Shown here piece after piece: positions 27,548-37,157 of a stretch of DNA of 64,000 bases. The position numbers were made by a program, and so were the translations under genes. Below the pieces are notes generated by a model. The model saw nothing but the letters and a program-made list of their open reading frames with translations. It made no database searches and was not told the DNA's origin. Positions within the stretch are counted from its first letter, which is position 1, and every line of letters starts with the position of its first letter. The DNA is from Candidatus Hodarchaeota archaeon (GTDB lineage: Archaea > Asgardarchaeota > Heimdallarchaeia > Hodarchaeales > Hodarchaeaceae): contig JAEOTM010000145.1 of NCBI GenBank assembly GCA_016839815.1, positions 1 to 64,000 of the forward strand. The letters run 5' to 3'.

Positions 27548-27823
27548 GTGGTGATAAAAATCGCATATATTGCAGGTACTGCAGGAGCTGGTGTTGCAGC
27601 AGTTCATACTAGTTCCTATCGTGTAAAGTTTCGTAAGAAGGAATTCTTGGATTTAATTGACATTGCGAATCCTAAACTCATTTATCAGGTGAATAAAATC
27701 TTTTTCTTTGCTTATGATGGTTTCGTGATGTATACATTCGAGTGTCAGGCTAAAGATTTCATGAATCAATGCATTCTTCGGGCAATTGAGTTTTCTAATC
27801 AGCAATGGGCGCATAGAGGGTGA
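27548..27823 (+). CDS. Hypothetical protein (Ala/Gly-rich N-terminus)
   Basis: 91-aa ORF co-oriented with the downstream DinB gene (7-bp gap). Confidence 0.6.
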   Translation: MVIKIAYIAGTAGAGVAAVHTSSYRVKFRKKEFLDLIDIANPKLIYQVNKIFFFAYDGFVMYTFECQAKDFMNQCILRAIEFSNQQWAHRG

Positions 27824-27830
27824 AGAGCAT

Positions 27831-28343
27831 ATGGTGTACAATTTAACAGAAGCAATTAATCTCCTGTCTAGGACTCCCAAAGTTTTACGTGCGTTGTTAG
27901 AAGATCTGGACGAGAACTGGGTTAACTATCAGAAACACGAGAAAGCTTTTTCTCCTTCAGCGGTTGTTGGACATCTAATTGGCGGTGAACAAAATGATTG
28001 GATTCGTCGTATCAAGATCATGTTATCGGAAAATGGATCAAAAAAGTTTCAACCTTTTGACCGAGAGGGCTTTGATCAGAATATGAGTCTTGCTGACCGT
28101 CTTTCACAGTTTGAAAAGCTGCGTATTCAGAATCTTCAGATTTTGAAGGAGCTCGTATCCGAAAATGATCTTCAAAACACAGGCATTCATCCTGCATTCG
28201 GGGAAGTCACCTTAGAACAACATCTAGCAACCTGGGTGGTTCACGATTTAACCCATCTATTCCAAATCACGGAATCATTAGCCTTACGTTATAAAGAAGC
28301 GGTTGGCCCGTGGATTCAGTACTTACGTATTCTTAATGAATGA
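27831..28343 (+). CDS. DinB family protein
   Basis: LLSRTP, VVGHLI, HPAFGEVTL, TWVVHDLTHLFQI His triad. Start taken at MVYNL. Confidence 0.85.
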   Translation: MVYNLTEAINLLSRTPKVLRALLEDLDENWVNYQKHEKAFSPSAVVGHLIGGEQNDWIRRIKIMLSENGSKKFQPFDREGFDQNMSLADRLSQFEKLRIQNLQILKELVSENDLQNTGIHPAFGEVTLEQHLATWVVHDLTHLFQITESLALRYKEAVGPWIQYLRILNE

Positions 28344-28350
28344 ACAGGAG

Positions 28351-29271
28351 TTATTCTTTCAATCCAAATGAATATCCTTGGATTTCACTGTGAATTGGAG
28401 CTAAATCCTGGATAGTAGTTTTTACTAGCTCGGAATCATTAGGGCCTTCAAAAAGTGATAAGGGCTTTGTATCAAGTCCTGTATCCACACACTCTTTAGC
28501 AATCGCGATCATATGAGATTTAAAGGCTTGCTCTGTTTCAGGGAGGAAACTATGGAATCTCAGGATCAATCGTTCTTCACTATCACCAGGAAGTTTCGTA
28601 ATTAATGGTGCTGTGGCTCTTACGAGCTTCTCTTCTTGGAAAACAAGATAACAATGATCGTCTGGAAGAACACGCTCTGAAAAATATTTAGCAATTTCTT
28701 CGTCGGCAGAAAATTGTGATGTATACCGCCCATCTTCTTTAATTAAATTGACTAATATCTGTACATCATCTTTTGTAGCTTTACGAATGCTGTACTTTCC
28801 CTCTTCAAGGGACATCTCACTAACTTTTTTAACATCGATTTCACGTCGATAACTTCGACTTTTTTCCTCTAATTCTACTTTCGTTTTTACAAAGTTCATC
28901 TGTTGCTCATTGTTTGATGAGACATTTACCCGAATCTCAAAGCCAGTATCTCTTGTTTTGATGTATGCCAACATTTCGTCAAATATTTTATTTTGAACCT
29001 CAGTTGGACATCCTGGTAATGCCCATGGATACCCTAAATGTGTTTCCTTCGGTTCAGGATAATCTCGAGCCTGTACATATGCAAGAGGTTCGCCTTTCTC
29101 ATTTAATGCATAGCGTACAGTTTTTGGATCAATTTTTTCATTTTCAAATCGTTTGACTATTTCTTCTGCTTTAACAGGCTGGGGAGAGTCTGGATTATTT
29201 GCATTATAGATTTGTGCCTGTAGTTCTTCAAATCCTGCGTTTTTTTCATAATACTTATACTGGATTTTCAT
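28351..29271 (-). CDS. Tandem GNAT-like fold protein
   Basis: Two GNAT-like halves (EPLAYVQAR...LGYPW; YSIRKATKDDV...YLVFQEEKLV); acetyl-CoA motif A is degenerate. Confidence 0.55.
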   Translation of the reverse strand: MKIQYKYYEKNAGFEELQAQIYNANNPDSPQPVKAEEIVKRFENEKIDPKTVRYALNEKGEPLAYVQARDYPEPKETHLGYPWALPGCPTEVQNKIFDEMLAYIKTRDTGFEIRVNVSSNNEQQMNFVKTKVELEEKSRSYRREIDVKKVSEMSLEEGKYSIRKATKDDVQILVNLIKEDGRYTSQFSADEEIAKYFSERVLPDDHCYLVFQEEKLVRATAPLITKLPGDSEERLILRFHSFLPETEQAFKSHMIAIAKECVDTGLDTKPLSLFEGPNDSELVKTTIQDLAPIHSEIQGYSFGLKE

Positions 29272-29391
29272 TCTAATCATCCTTCTCAAAATGATGAGAA
29301 TTGATTCTCGAAGAATATATTAATACATTCCTATCATGGCAAGAATGGAATACACAAATGCATTAAACAGTTGACATTTTTGTGATCAATT

Positions 29392-30045
29392 ATGGAGAAT
29401 ACCCAGATTCAAGACGCTGTCACTCGAAAACAAATCCTTTTTCTAGAAATTACAGATAAACATGTTCTTAAACTCTTTCAAGATGCGAATCTGATGCGAA
29501 TTCTTACTTTTTTGCGTTCCTCTCCCCTTATGACTGTTAAGGATCTTGAACAAGCGTTTCTTGAAGAGGGAAACGAAAAATCAACGAAATCGATTTATAG
29601 ATACTTGAAGAAATTAGAGGAAGGTAACTTGGTTATTCCTGCGGGTAAACGTGTCCGTGCTTCTCCCAATGAAAAACTGAAAACAGAAACACTCTATATG
29701 AGGACTGCAAAGATTTTTTTCCCTAAAATGGAAGAAAAAGAAATCGATCCTGAAACAAAAGCTCATCAGACAGCTTTCAATGAAGTTCTTGGGAAGCTCT
29801 TAGGTCTACACTTGAATAAAGAAAAAATTAATGCCGAAAACTTAGGTTTACTAACTAAAAAGCTCAAAAAACAAATGTTTGCGAATAGTACATCCCTCTT
29901 TCAATCCGCAGATGAGGAAACGGCCAATCTTATCAGTACATTGGATTGGAAAAGTGTGAATTCTTTGATTGAGATCCTAGGTCTACTAATTCTTTTAGTT
30001 GATGATCTTGATTTGAAAGAAGAAATAATTTCATGCTTTGAATAA
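29392..30045 (+). CDS. Winged-helix (ArsR-like) DNA-binding protein
   Basis: RILTFLRSSPLMTVKDL...KSIYRYLKKLEEGNLVIPAG...ETLYMRTAKIF; divergent from the GNAT-like gene. Confidence 0.75.
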   Translation: MENTQIQDAVTRKQILFLEITDKHVLKLFQDANLMRILTFLRSSPLMTVKDLEQAFLEEGNEKSTKSIYRYLKKLEEGNLVIPAGKRVRASPNEKLKTETLYMRTAKIFFPKMEEKEIDPETKAHQTAFNEVLGKLLGLHLNKEKINAENLGLLTKKLKKQMFANSTSLFQSADEETANLISTLDWKSVNSLIEILGLLILLVDDLDLKEEIISCFE

Positions 30046-30071
30046 TTCTTCTCCACTAATGATTCTTTCTT

Positions 30072-30680
30072 CTATCGGGGGCGTGGTTTCTTCCCTGACC
30101 ACACTACTACTGTAAGGAGAGCTACAAGGAATATTCCTCCATTAATGGAGATAAGATTACTTCGTTTGGTATAATGTTGGTATTCTGACCACTCTGCCCA
30201 CTGCTTATATTCAGGGGTTATGATATGCATGTAGACAACTCTCCCATAATCGATTATGGATCCATCTACTGAAATTTTTATATTTACACTGGTTGTTGTC
30301 GTTCCTCCATCACACGTAATGTTTGTGAGCCAATAATATCTCGGATAAAGGGTGAGGGGAATCCCTGTATTATTGCTAAGTGTTCTCGTGCTTTGTATTG
30401 CTACACAGTTCTGTATCGACATTGTAAAGGTTAGATTGACCTGTTCCAGTACAATTTTCTGAGTACCATTATTTAGAATCGCCATAGTAAAGGAACGAGG
30501 GGAATAAAAATCTCCATGTGCATCGTTGTCATCGTCATAGAAACACGCTCCCCAAGTGTAAGTGTAATTAAAAATCGCAATTTCTACAGAATGTGTAGTA
30601 GTCGTCGGAGTTGATATGACTAAGCTATTAGCGCCTACAAGGATTAATACGAAGCCTAAGCATGCCAGACGATTTTTCAA
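30072..30680 (-). CDS. Secreted protein with C-terminal TM/basic tail
   Basis: Signal peptide, several N-x-T sequons, C-terminal GGIFLVALLTVVVW-SGKKPRPR. Confidence 0.65.
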   Translation of the reverse strand: MKNRLACLGFVLILVGANSLVISTPTTTTHSVEIAIFNYTYTWGACFYDDDNDAHGDFYSPRSFTMAILNNGTQKIVLEQVNLTFTMSIQNCVAIQSTRTLSNNTGIPLTLYPRYYWLTNITCDGGTTTTSVNIKISVDGSIIDYGRVVYMHIITPEYKQWAEWSEYQHYTKRSNLISINGGIFLVALLTVVVWSGKKPRPR

Positions 30681-30846
30681 AGAGGTTTTTTTCCCGTATT
30701 TTAGTCTTGTATTTTTGATTTTTATTGTATATAAATTGAGTTAGAAGGTCTTCTCTCTCTTCTCCAAACTATTAGTATATTCGCATCAATTTGAAATTTA
30801 ATCGTTATTATCAATAAAACTCTAGTTTGAACACCTCTTTAGTAAC

Positions 30847-30870
30847 TTTTATATAGACCGACCGTCGGTC
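30847..30870 (+). promoter_or_regulatory. TATA box plus perfect palindromic TetR operator
   Basis: TTTTATATA (30847-30855) immediately followed by GACCGAC-c-GTCGGTC (30856-30870), 15 bp before the TetR ATG. Confidence 0.8.
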
Positions 30871-30885
30871 AGTAATTAGATTCAA

Positions 30886-31536
30886 ATGGTTCGAATAGTA
30901 AAATCTCATGATGTTAGGAAGAAAGAAATTCTTGACACAGCCCTGGAACTTTTTCAAAGTATTGGATACAGTAAAACAACTGTGGAAGAAATCATTAGCC
31001 GGGTTGGAATAGCAAAAGGAACTTTCTATCATTATTTTACATCAAAAAAAGAGGTTTTATCAATCCTTGCAGACAATATAGTAAATCTCATGGCAGAAAG
31101 TGCCCAATCAATTACTGATAATCCCGAGATCAGTGCTCTTGAGAAAGTGAAGTTGATCCTCCGTGGTAATAATCCGACTTTTGATGAAGGATATGAAGTT
31201 GCAAACTTCCTTCATTTGCCTGAAAATCGTGAACTCCATGAGCGGATAAATGCACAGACTATTCTTCTTTTCGGTCCTATTCTTGCAAAGGTCGTTGAAC
31301 AGGGTCAACTTGAAGGAATTTTTAGTGTAGAAAGACCATTAGAGACCGTTCAATTTCTATTAGCAGGATCATTATTCATTTTTAACAGTACTCTATTTAA
31401 TTGGTCAGATAATCAGGTAGTTGCTCTTTCTACTGCAATGCAATCCATCATCGAATGTTCTCTCGGATTAAAGAGGGGAACTTTCAGTTTTCTTGCCGAA
31501 CCATATGAAACTTCGTCTAAAAATGAACATATATAA
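30886..31536 (+). CDS. TetR/AcrR family regulator
   Basis: EILDTALELF...GYSKTTVEEII...GIAKGTFYHYFTSK. Confidence 0.95.
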   Translation: MVRIVKSHDVRKKEILDTALELFQSIGYSKTTVEEIISRVGIAKGTFYHYFTSKKEVLSILADNIVNLMAESAQSITDNPEISALEKVKLILRGNNPTFDEGYEVANFLHLPENRELHERINAQTILLFGPILAKVVEQGQLEGIFSVERPLETVQFLLAGSLFIFNSTLFNWSDNQVVALSTAMQSIIECSLGLKRGTFSFLAEPYETSSKNEHI

Positions 31537-31552
31537 TTACAGGTTGTTACAA

Positions 31553-32389
31553 ATGATAAAAGACTATAAATACAAACCATTGGTATTTTTTCTAGCCGTA
31601 ATGCTTCTCACTTGGAGTTTATGGTTTATTGCTGCCTATTTAAGCTATCAAGAAGGCCAAGAAGGCTTACAGTATATCTTTCTGTTACTTGGTTTACTAA
31701 TTCCAGGATTCGTTGCAATTTTCTTGATATTCTCTTCTAATAATCAATCGTTGAAAGACGATTTTAAGTCCCGCTTTCTTCGTACTGAAGGTTTGAACGC
31801 TTCTACTTTAACTGTTTTATTCTTGGTTTTACCTCTCAGTGCTTTGGTCTCGATCCTCTTGTCTCTAATGATAGGCGAATCACCAGACCAGCTGGAAGTG
31901 TTTATAATTTCCGCTATTATGTCAGGAGAATTTCTTTTTTCCCTTATCATATTCATCTTAGCTGCAACAACAGAAGAAGTTGGTTGGAGAGGTTATGGAG
32001 TCGATTCTTTAAGGAGTCGTTTCAATTTATTCACAACAACTGCTATTTTTGCGCTCTTGTGGGGATTATGGCACTTACCATTGTTTGTTGTGAAAGAGTA
32101 TTACCACAATACGTTATTAGAGACAGATGTTCTTTTTGCACTTAATTTCTTCTTAAGTGTCATTCCTTTGACATTTATTATGAACTGGTTATTCTACAAG
32201 TGTAATCGTAGTATTATCATTGCTATCCTCTTTCATTTCATAACAGTAATTTCTGCAGAAATTTTCATGATTTCTGATGTCTCTAAGTGTATTCAAACAT
32301 TTGTCTTACTTGTACCCGCGATTTTCCTTGTATGGTGGGACAAAGAGCTTTTCTTTGGAGATGCCAAATACTTAAGTCTAAACACCTGA
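31553..32389 (+). CDS. CPBP (Abi/Rce1-like, CAAX type II) intramembrane glutamic endopeptidase
   Basis: EEVGWRGY, WGLWHLP, SIIIAILFH; multi-TM. Start uncertain (31523 or 31553). Confidence 0.9.
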   Translation: MIKDYKYKPLVFFLAVMLLTWSLWFIAAYLSYQEGQEGLQYIFLLLGLLIPGFVAIFLIFSSNNQSLKDDFKSRFLRTEGLNASTLTVLFLVLPLSALVSILLSLMIGESPDQLEVFIISAIMSGEFLFSLIIFILAATTEEVGWRGYGVDSLRSRFNLFTTTAIFALLWGLWHLPLFVVKEYYHNTLLETDVLFALNFFLSVIPLTFIMNWLFYKCNRSIIIAILFHFITVISAEIFMISDVSKCIQTFVLLVPAIFLVWWDKELFFGDAKYLSLNT

Positions 32390-32486
32390 AGAATCTGGTT
32401 TTTTTCAAACCTATTTCTTCTTTCCTTTTTTCACTTCAAAACAGAGTTCAAATATTACCATAATCACGTTTTAAAAAAATCATCCG

Positions 32487-32897
32487 ATGTTTTACCAAGA
32501 TTGGGTATTGATTTTGTCTTTGGATGAGGAAAAAGAGTTTCAACTAATTCAAGAGACAGTGGAGAATTATTTCTCTGGTGTCATTAACGGGGAGTATGCA
32601 AAAATTGTGAAAGCCTGGCATAAAGATGGGAATCGTATCCTCGTTAATTCCGACTTGCAGAATATCGTTTTCAACAACAGTCCTGCGAGTAGTGAGTATA
32701 CCAATCTTATCCCTGATCCTGAATTGAAACAGATGGCTTTCCTAGAAGCCATTGATTTCACGGGTAATGCTGCCTGTGTTAGGTTAAAATGGTTTCTTGA
32801 GTCTCCCCACAGAGTAGGCTCTTGTACAGATTATCTCCTTTTACTTAAACGACGGAAAGATTGGATCATTGTATCCAAGGTATCTCATAAGGAATAA
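32487..32897 (+). CDS. NTF2-like (putative lumazine-binding) protein
   Basis: IQETVENYF...AWH...IDFTGNAACVRL...DYLLLLK..DWIIVSK pattern. Confidence 0.75.
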   Translation: MFYQDWVLILSLDEEKEFQLIQETVENYFSGVINGEYAKIVKAWHKDGNRILVNSDLQNIVFNNSPASSEYTNLIPDPELKQMAFLEAIDFTGNAACVRLKWFLESPHRVGSCTDYLLLLKRRKDWIIVSKVSHKE

Positions 32898-32985
32898 AGA
32901 ATCATTTCGTTATTTATACCTCGATCAGCTTGAGGTAAAAAAAACACTAGACTTTAGGCCTTGTGTTTGATGGAGTATTAAGAGT

Positions 32986-33450
32986 TTAGAGAATTTTCAA
33001 TCTGTAGAGACGATAAGTTTCCCACCAGCAGACAACGATCCCTACCAAACAGAAGACAATGAACAATATTCGATCGAACACTCCTGGTGTGAGAGTAATC
33101 ATCCATATCAAGCTTAGGAGTAACAAGCTAGTAAAAAAGATGGCGAGAAAAAACATACGGGGTAGCAATATCCCTCTAAATCGAATGAAGTGTTGTAAAA
33201 CTCCAACTGGAATGTACTTTGTCAAATAATATTTTCCTGATTCGTCTTTCTCGGCAATGTTCAATGATTGGAGTTTAGTGAGGTGATGGGTGGCTATACT
33301 GGGGCTGGAAAAGTTCATTTCACGAGTTAATTCCCTCACCGTTACTTCTGATTTTACTAATAGATACCAGTAAGTTAATAACGTTTTTCCCGTGAGCTGT
33401 GATTCGATATTTTTAGGTACCTTCCCAGCTGGCATAGTGTGACTCTCCAC
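32986..33450 (-). CDS. Winged HTH protein with two C-terminal TM helices (membrane-tethered regulator)
   Basis: TVRELTREMNFSSPSIATHHLTKL HTH followed by LLPR and two hydrophobic helices. Confidence 0.75.
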   Translation of the reverse strand: MESHTMPAGKVPKNIESQLTGKTLLTYWYLLVKSEVTVRELTREMNFSSPSIATHHLTKLQSLNIAEKDESGKYYLTKYIPVGVLQHFIRFRGILLPRMFFLAIFFTSLLLLSLIWMITLTPGVFDRILFIVFCLVGIVVCWWETYRLYRLKIL

Positions 33451-33521
33451 AACTCCAAATGAGAAAATTTGAGAGATGCATCAGCTTCTCTTTCATAATA
33501 TTGAATTTCATTCAACTAAGG

Positions 33522-35786
33522 TTAGAGATTTGATAATATATCTTTCCACGAAAGTCTTTCATTAGGGGTAAGCATCATCTGGAGGACAGTGTCTGAGATA
33601 AAGTTATTTGTAGCAATAAAGCTAGTTACCCAAGATGGAAGGTCAGGTATAGCTATTCCCTGATCAAGTATTAATTGCCATTCTTCATCTGTTAATCTTT
33701 CTGCAAGAGGTTGTTGAAATTCATAGTAAGAGAATGTCGCTCCTCGTGATAAGATCAACTCACCATTTATCTTATTTACTGTAAAAATGATAAACGGATT
33801 GCCTACTCCTTCTTCTAATACTTTTCCTGAATTTGGATCTGTATGAACATCCGCTACAAGAGCCATTCGCTCATCTGTTCCAGTAGTGTATTCTGAATCA
33901 TTTATATTGACTATTCTCTCTAAGACACTTCCAATATTCTTAATTAGGTTAATTTCTTTATTATCCAAGGGCTTTACTTCTAATTCTTTAATTGCGATTT
34001 CCGTTAAGCTGGTCAATGTCTCAATTAAAAGCGTTAACCGTTCATCTATGATTTCTGGCATCAAACTTCGGTTCTGTAATCCTTCAAAAGTCATTGAAGC
34101 TAGACTCGTAAGACGGGCAAAAAGCTCTGGGTTTGCCTCCACATACCCTTGGTCGGGTTCAGGGGGTATTGAGGTAAATTTTGTATAGCTTTGTTTCGCA
34201 TAAAGAATGGTATCATGGCGTAATTCAGTCCATGACCCTAATGCTGTTATTAACTCTTTATCAATCCATGCAGGACTTTGCATATACATTGGATATCCCG
34301 TTCCTTTAGGATTCAAAAGAGGAGTCAATGAATACAACCATAACCAGTAGAGATTTTGCGTCCAAACCGTTAGATTATAAGCAGCAAATTCTTCTTCTAA
34401 GAGGGCCCGTCTAGGTAAATAATCTGGATATTTAGTAGCTTCGTCTTGCAATAACTCTTGTGATCGATTTGAACCAAACACCGCAAAGACATCGAGCGCG
34501 GTGGGAAACATTCTAGCATTTACATTATCATGAACAAGTGATTGAAAGATATACGAGTCTGGAATAAAGCGTTGGCCCATAAAACGTAGACCTTTTGTTT
34601 CATTACTCGTGTCTTGAGTATCAGGGATAATTGAGGATAAAATTCGTGGATTACGATATTTCATCCCTTCCTGAATTATTGCTTCGATCACAGACGAATT
34701 TTCAAACGTTTCAAGAGGAATGGGTGAAGAGAAAATCTTTCCAATCATTGCTAGATAATCCGTATAGATGAGATCGTCTGCACTTCCAACAAAAAAGACT
34801 GTTGGCTCATAAATATTGGCCCAGTTGTTTGCATTTTCTACTACTTGTGCTAATCCTAGTGCTATTAATACAGCTTGTCGGGTTTCGTTTATACCTTGTC
34901 CATCACTCGGATGTAGCCTAAAACTCATCCTTCCGTACCACATCATTGCCTTAAAAAACTGTTCCAACTTTTCCGTTCGAGTATAATGGCCTCGTGGTTT
35001 ATATTGCGAATAATCTTCGTAATATCCAAAAAGAGGTGATAGCACCATTGATGAATGGGTTTCTATTAATTCCAATTCTGAGTCAATGAGTGAACCAACT
35101 AATGTCTCTACTACTGGATCTATACTCACTTCAGGTTCAAGTAATGAGTTTGCAATGGTAAAGAAGGCTAGATTTTTCCTTGCAGCTTCAGCTACAAGTG
35201 GGGCATTTACTACATTATTAGCTTGTGTATATTGGGTAAGTGAGATATCCATCATCTCATGTGTGAGATTGAGAAGTATATCCCAAAATATATCCCCTTC
35301 GATCGATCGGAGGGCATTATCATAAAGAATATGATATGCATGAAGGATTGCATCGGTTGTGACAAAACTAGGGATTATAGCGTCATCATTTTCTATATAA
35401 ACATCATAAATCTGCTTATAATCCGACGGTATAACTACAAATCCATTTTGAACCAGAAGCTCCTTAGCTTCCCCCTTTAATTCACTAAAGATTTCATTCG
35501 ATGGATTATAATTCTTGATATTACTTAGATCCGAGGAAATCGAGAATGGTTGAAGAACTGGTGTTACATTCAACGTGGCCTCATATGGAATATATGTACC
35601 AAAACTAGTCTTAACAGGTTCAGGAATGGTATAAAGGGGGTCAGTCCCTTCCTGATTTGGGATTTGTGAATCTAAATAAGAATTATTTACTAAAAAAACT
35701 CCAGAAAATACCACAATTATGGTCAATAATACACCTGCTCCTCCTTCCCTCAATATTCTCCTTTTTGTTAAATCATCTAGTGCCAT
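33522..35786 (-). CDS. DUF3160 domain protein, N-terminally membrane anchored
   Basis: FVTTDAILH, EDYSQYKPRGHYT, AMMWYGR, GQRFIPDS, LGSWTELRHDTILYAKQ, ADVHT, SYYEF...RLTDEEW. Confidence 0.85.
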   Translation of the reverse strand: MALDDLTKRRILREGGAGVLLTIIVVFSGVFLVNNSYLDSQIPNQEGTDPLYTIPEPVKTSFGTYIPYEATLNVTPVLQPFSISSDLSNIKNYNPSNEIFSELKGEAKELLVQNGFVVIPSDYKQIYDVYIENDDAIIPSFVTTDAILHAYHILYDNALRSIEGDIFWDILLNLTHEMMDISLTQYTQANNVVNAPLVAEAARKNLAFFTIANSLLEPEVSIDPVVETLVGSLIDSELELIETHSSMVLSPLFGYYEDYSQYKPRGHYTRTEKLEQFFKAMMWYGRMSFRLHPSDGQGINETRQAVLIALGLAQVVENANNWANIYEPTVFFVGSADDLIYTDYLAMIGKIFSSPIPLETFENSSVIEAIIQEGMKYRNPRILSSIIPDTQDTSNETKGLRFMGQRFIPDSYIFQSLVHDNVNARMFPTALDVFAVFGSNRSQELLQDEATKYPDYLPRRALLEEEFAAYNLTVWTQNLYWLWLYSLTPLLNPKGTGYPMYMQSPAWIDKELITALGSWTELRHDTILYAKQSYTKFTSIPPEPDQGYVEANPELFARLTSLASMTFEGLQNRSLMPEIIDERLTLLIETLTSLTEIAIKELEVKPLDNKEINLIKNIGSVLERIVNINDSEYTTGTDERMALVADVHTDPNSGKVLEEGVGNPFIIFTVNKINGELILSRGATFSYYEFQQPLAERLTDEEWQLILDQGIAIPDLPSWVTSFIATNNFISDTVLQMMLTPNERLSWKDILSNL

Positions 35787-36004
35787 TTTTACTCTAGCTT
35801 CTTATTAGTTGATTAGAATGTTATTCATTTAAGAAGCAAGATTGTACAAAATACTATACTTTAGAACATCAGGCCCTTTTTTCTTATCTTCCGGTTCCAG
35901 CCGTTGGTACACTCCTAAAAATTTCGTCTTTTACTTTAGGCAAGTTCTAAAAGCTATTTTAGTGTAGTAGTATAATTTATTAAAGCTAGGATCTTCTTCA
36001 AACT

Positions 36005-36352
36005 ATGAAAACTATTCGTGAAACTATAGTGAATCGGCTTCGTGAATCTGTAGAACCGTCAATCAGATACTCTATTCTATATTATATTGATAGAGAAGAT
36101 CCGACTTCTTCTAAAATGCAAAAACTTCAAGAGGAAATACGTACATCGGCCAGAGTTAATTCTTTACTTTCTAATGCAGAAGGGGTGTATAAAAAGTGGC
36201 AGGGAGTACATTGGGTTCTAAATCTGTTTGCCGAGCTCCATTATCCGCCAAAAGATGTTTCTTTATCTCCTCTTCGGGATCAAGAATTCGTTTTATTAAG
36301 AATTCGTTTGATAACCCTCTCTCCTCTTAACAAAATTTATAGGATTAAATGA
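36005..36352 (+). pseudogene. Truncated N-terminal fragment of a prenyltransferase/squalene-cyclase-repeat-like protein (homolog of 43795..44742)
   Basis: EPSIRY and GVYKKWQGVHWVL parallel DPSIRW and GLYNPKWTSTTYTL in the full gene; the ORF stops after 115 aa beyond a 12-bp direct repeat. Confidence 0.6.
36282..36309 (+). repeat. 12-bp direct repeat AAGAATTCGTTT x2 at the apparent truncation junction
   Basis: Copies at 36282-36293 and 36298-36309. Confidence 0.7.
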
Positions 36353-36374
36353 AATTAACGATAACAGATCTTTC

Positions 36375-36953
36375 TTAAATCCATCTTCGTACCTTCTGTT
36401 TAAATTTCAGATATTCCTCTCCAAAGGTTTCTTCCAATTTCTGTTCTTCCCATCGGACAAATACTCTCCAGAAAAAAAACCACAGACCAATGGAAGTAAT
36501 TAAAATGGTCAAACTTACCGTTATTATCGATAATCCCCAAAGGATAAGAATAACTCCAAAATAGATGGGATTACGACTGTACTGATAAGGTCCTGAGGTA
36601 ACAAGGGTTGAAGGAGTGTGGAAGGGTTCCCGTGCAACTAGACCAATCTTCCCAATGATCAATAAATGAAAATTAGCTAAAATAACGAGAAGAAATCCAA
36701 TTCCAAGAATTATTAGACCACCAAGATTTAGTGGGAAAGGAGCAGTGAGATCAGCGGGAAAGAAAAGTACGATGATGAATATTTCTGCTCCATCGAACTC
36801 TCGAATTATAAATACCAAAATCATACTTAATGCTGTGGCACTGACTAGGATATACGCTATGTGGAGAATGGATATGACTGGAGATCTTTTTTCTTCCATT
36901 GGGATCACGTTGGTTTTTATATTTGAGCTGTTCTGATTATCAAGGGGAATCAT
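36375..36953 (-). CDS. Isoprenylcysteine carboxyl methyltransferase / PEMT family membrane protein
   Basis: LVTSGPYQYSRNPIYFG and WEEQKLEETFGEEYLKFKQKVRRW. Confidence 0.9.
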   Translation of the reverse strand: MIPLDNQNSSNIKTNVIPMEEKRSPVISILHIAYILVSATALSMILVFIIREFDGAEIFIIVLFFPADLTAPFPLNLGGLIILGIGFLLVILANFHLLIIGKIGLVAREPFHTPSTLVTSGPYQYSRNPIYFGVILILWGLSIITVSLTILITSIGLWFFFWRVFVRWEEQKLEETFGEEYLKFKQKVRRWI

Positions 36954-37157
36954 GATTGCAGATCTGATCTATAGATGAGTATCTGGAGCTTTACACGATT
37001 TGCGGATGGATTCCTCAGATACCCTTTTGAGTTACCTCTGAGTATAAATATGTCATTATATTGGAAATTATCAACCCTAGAAAAAAAAATCATCTCCCAG
37101 AAATGTCTAGAACCTACACATATCTTCACTGACGTAAAATTTGTGAGGTCTCGGATT

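Noticed and set aside
36975-37157. 61-aa N-terminal extension of the GTPase ORF and the antisense 36950..37189 ORF
   Set aside because: The region contains a TATA-like TATAAATA (about 37043-37050) and an RBS-like GAGG before TTG 37158; it is more likely the divergent promoter region.
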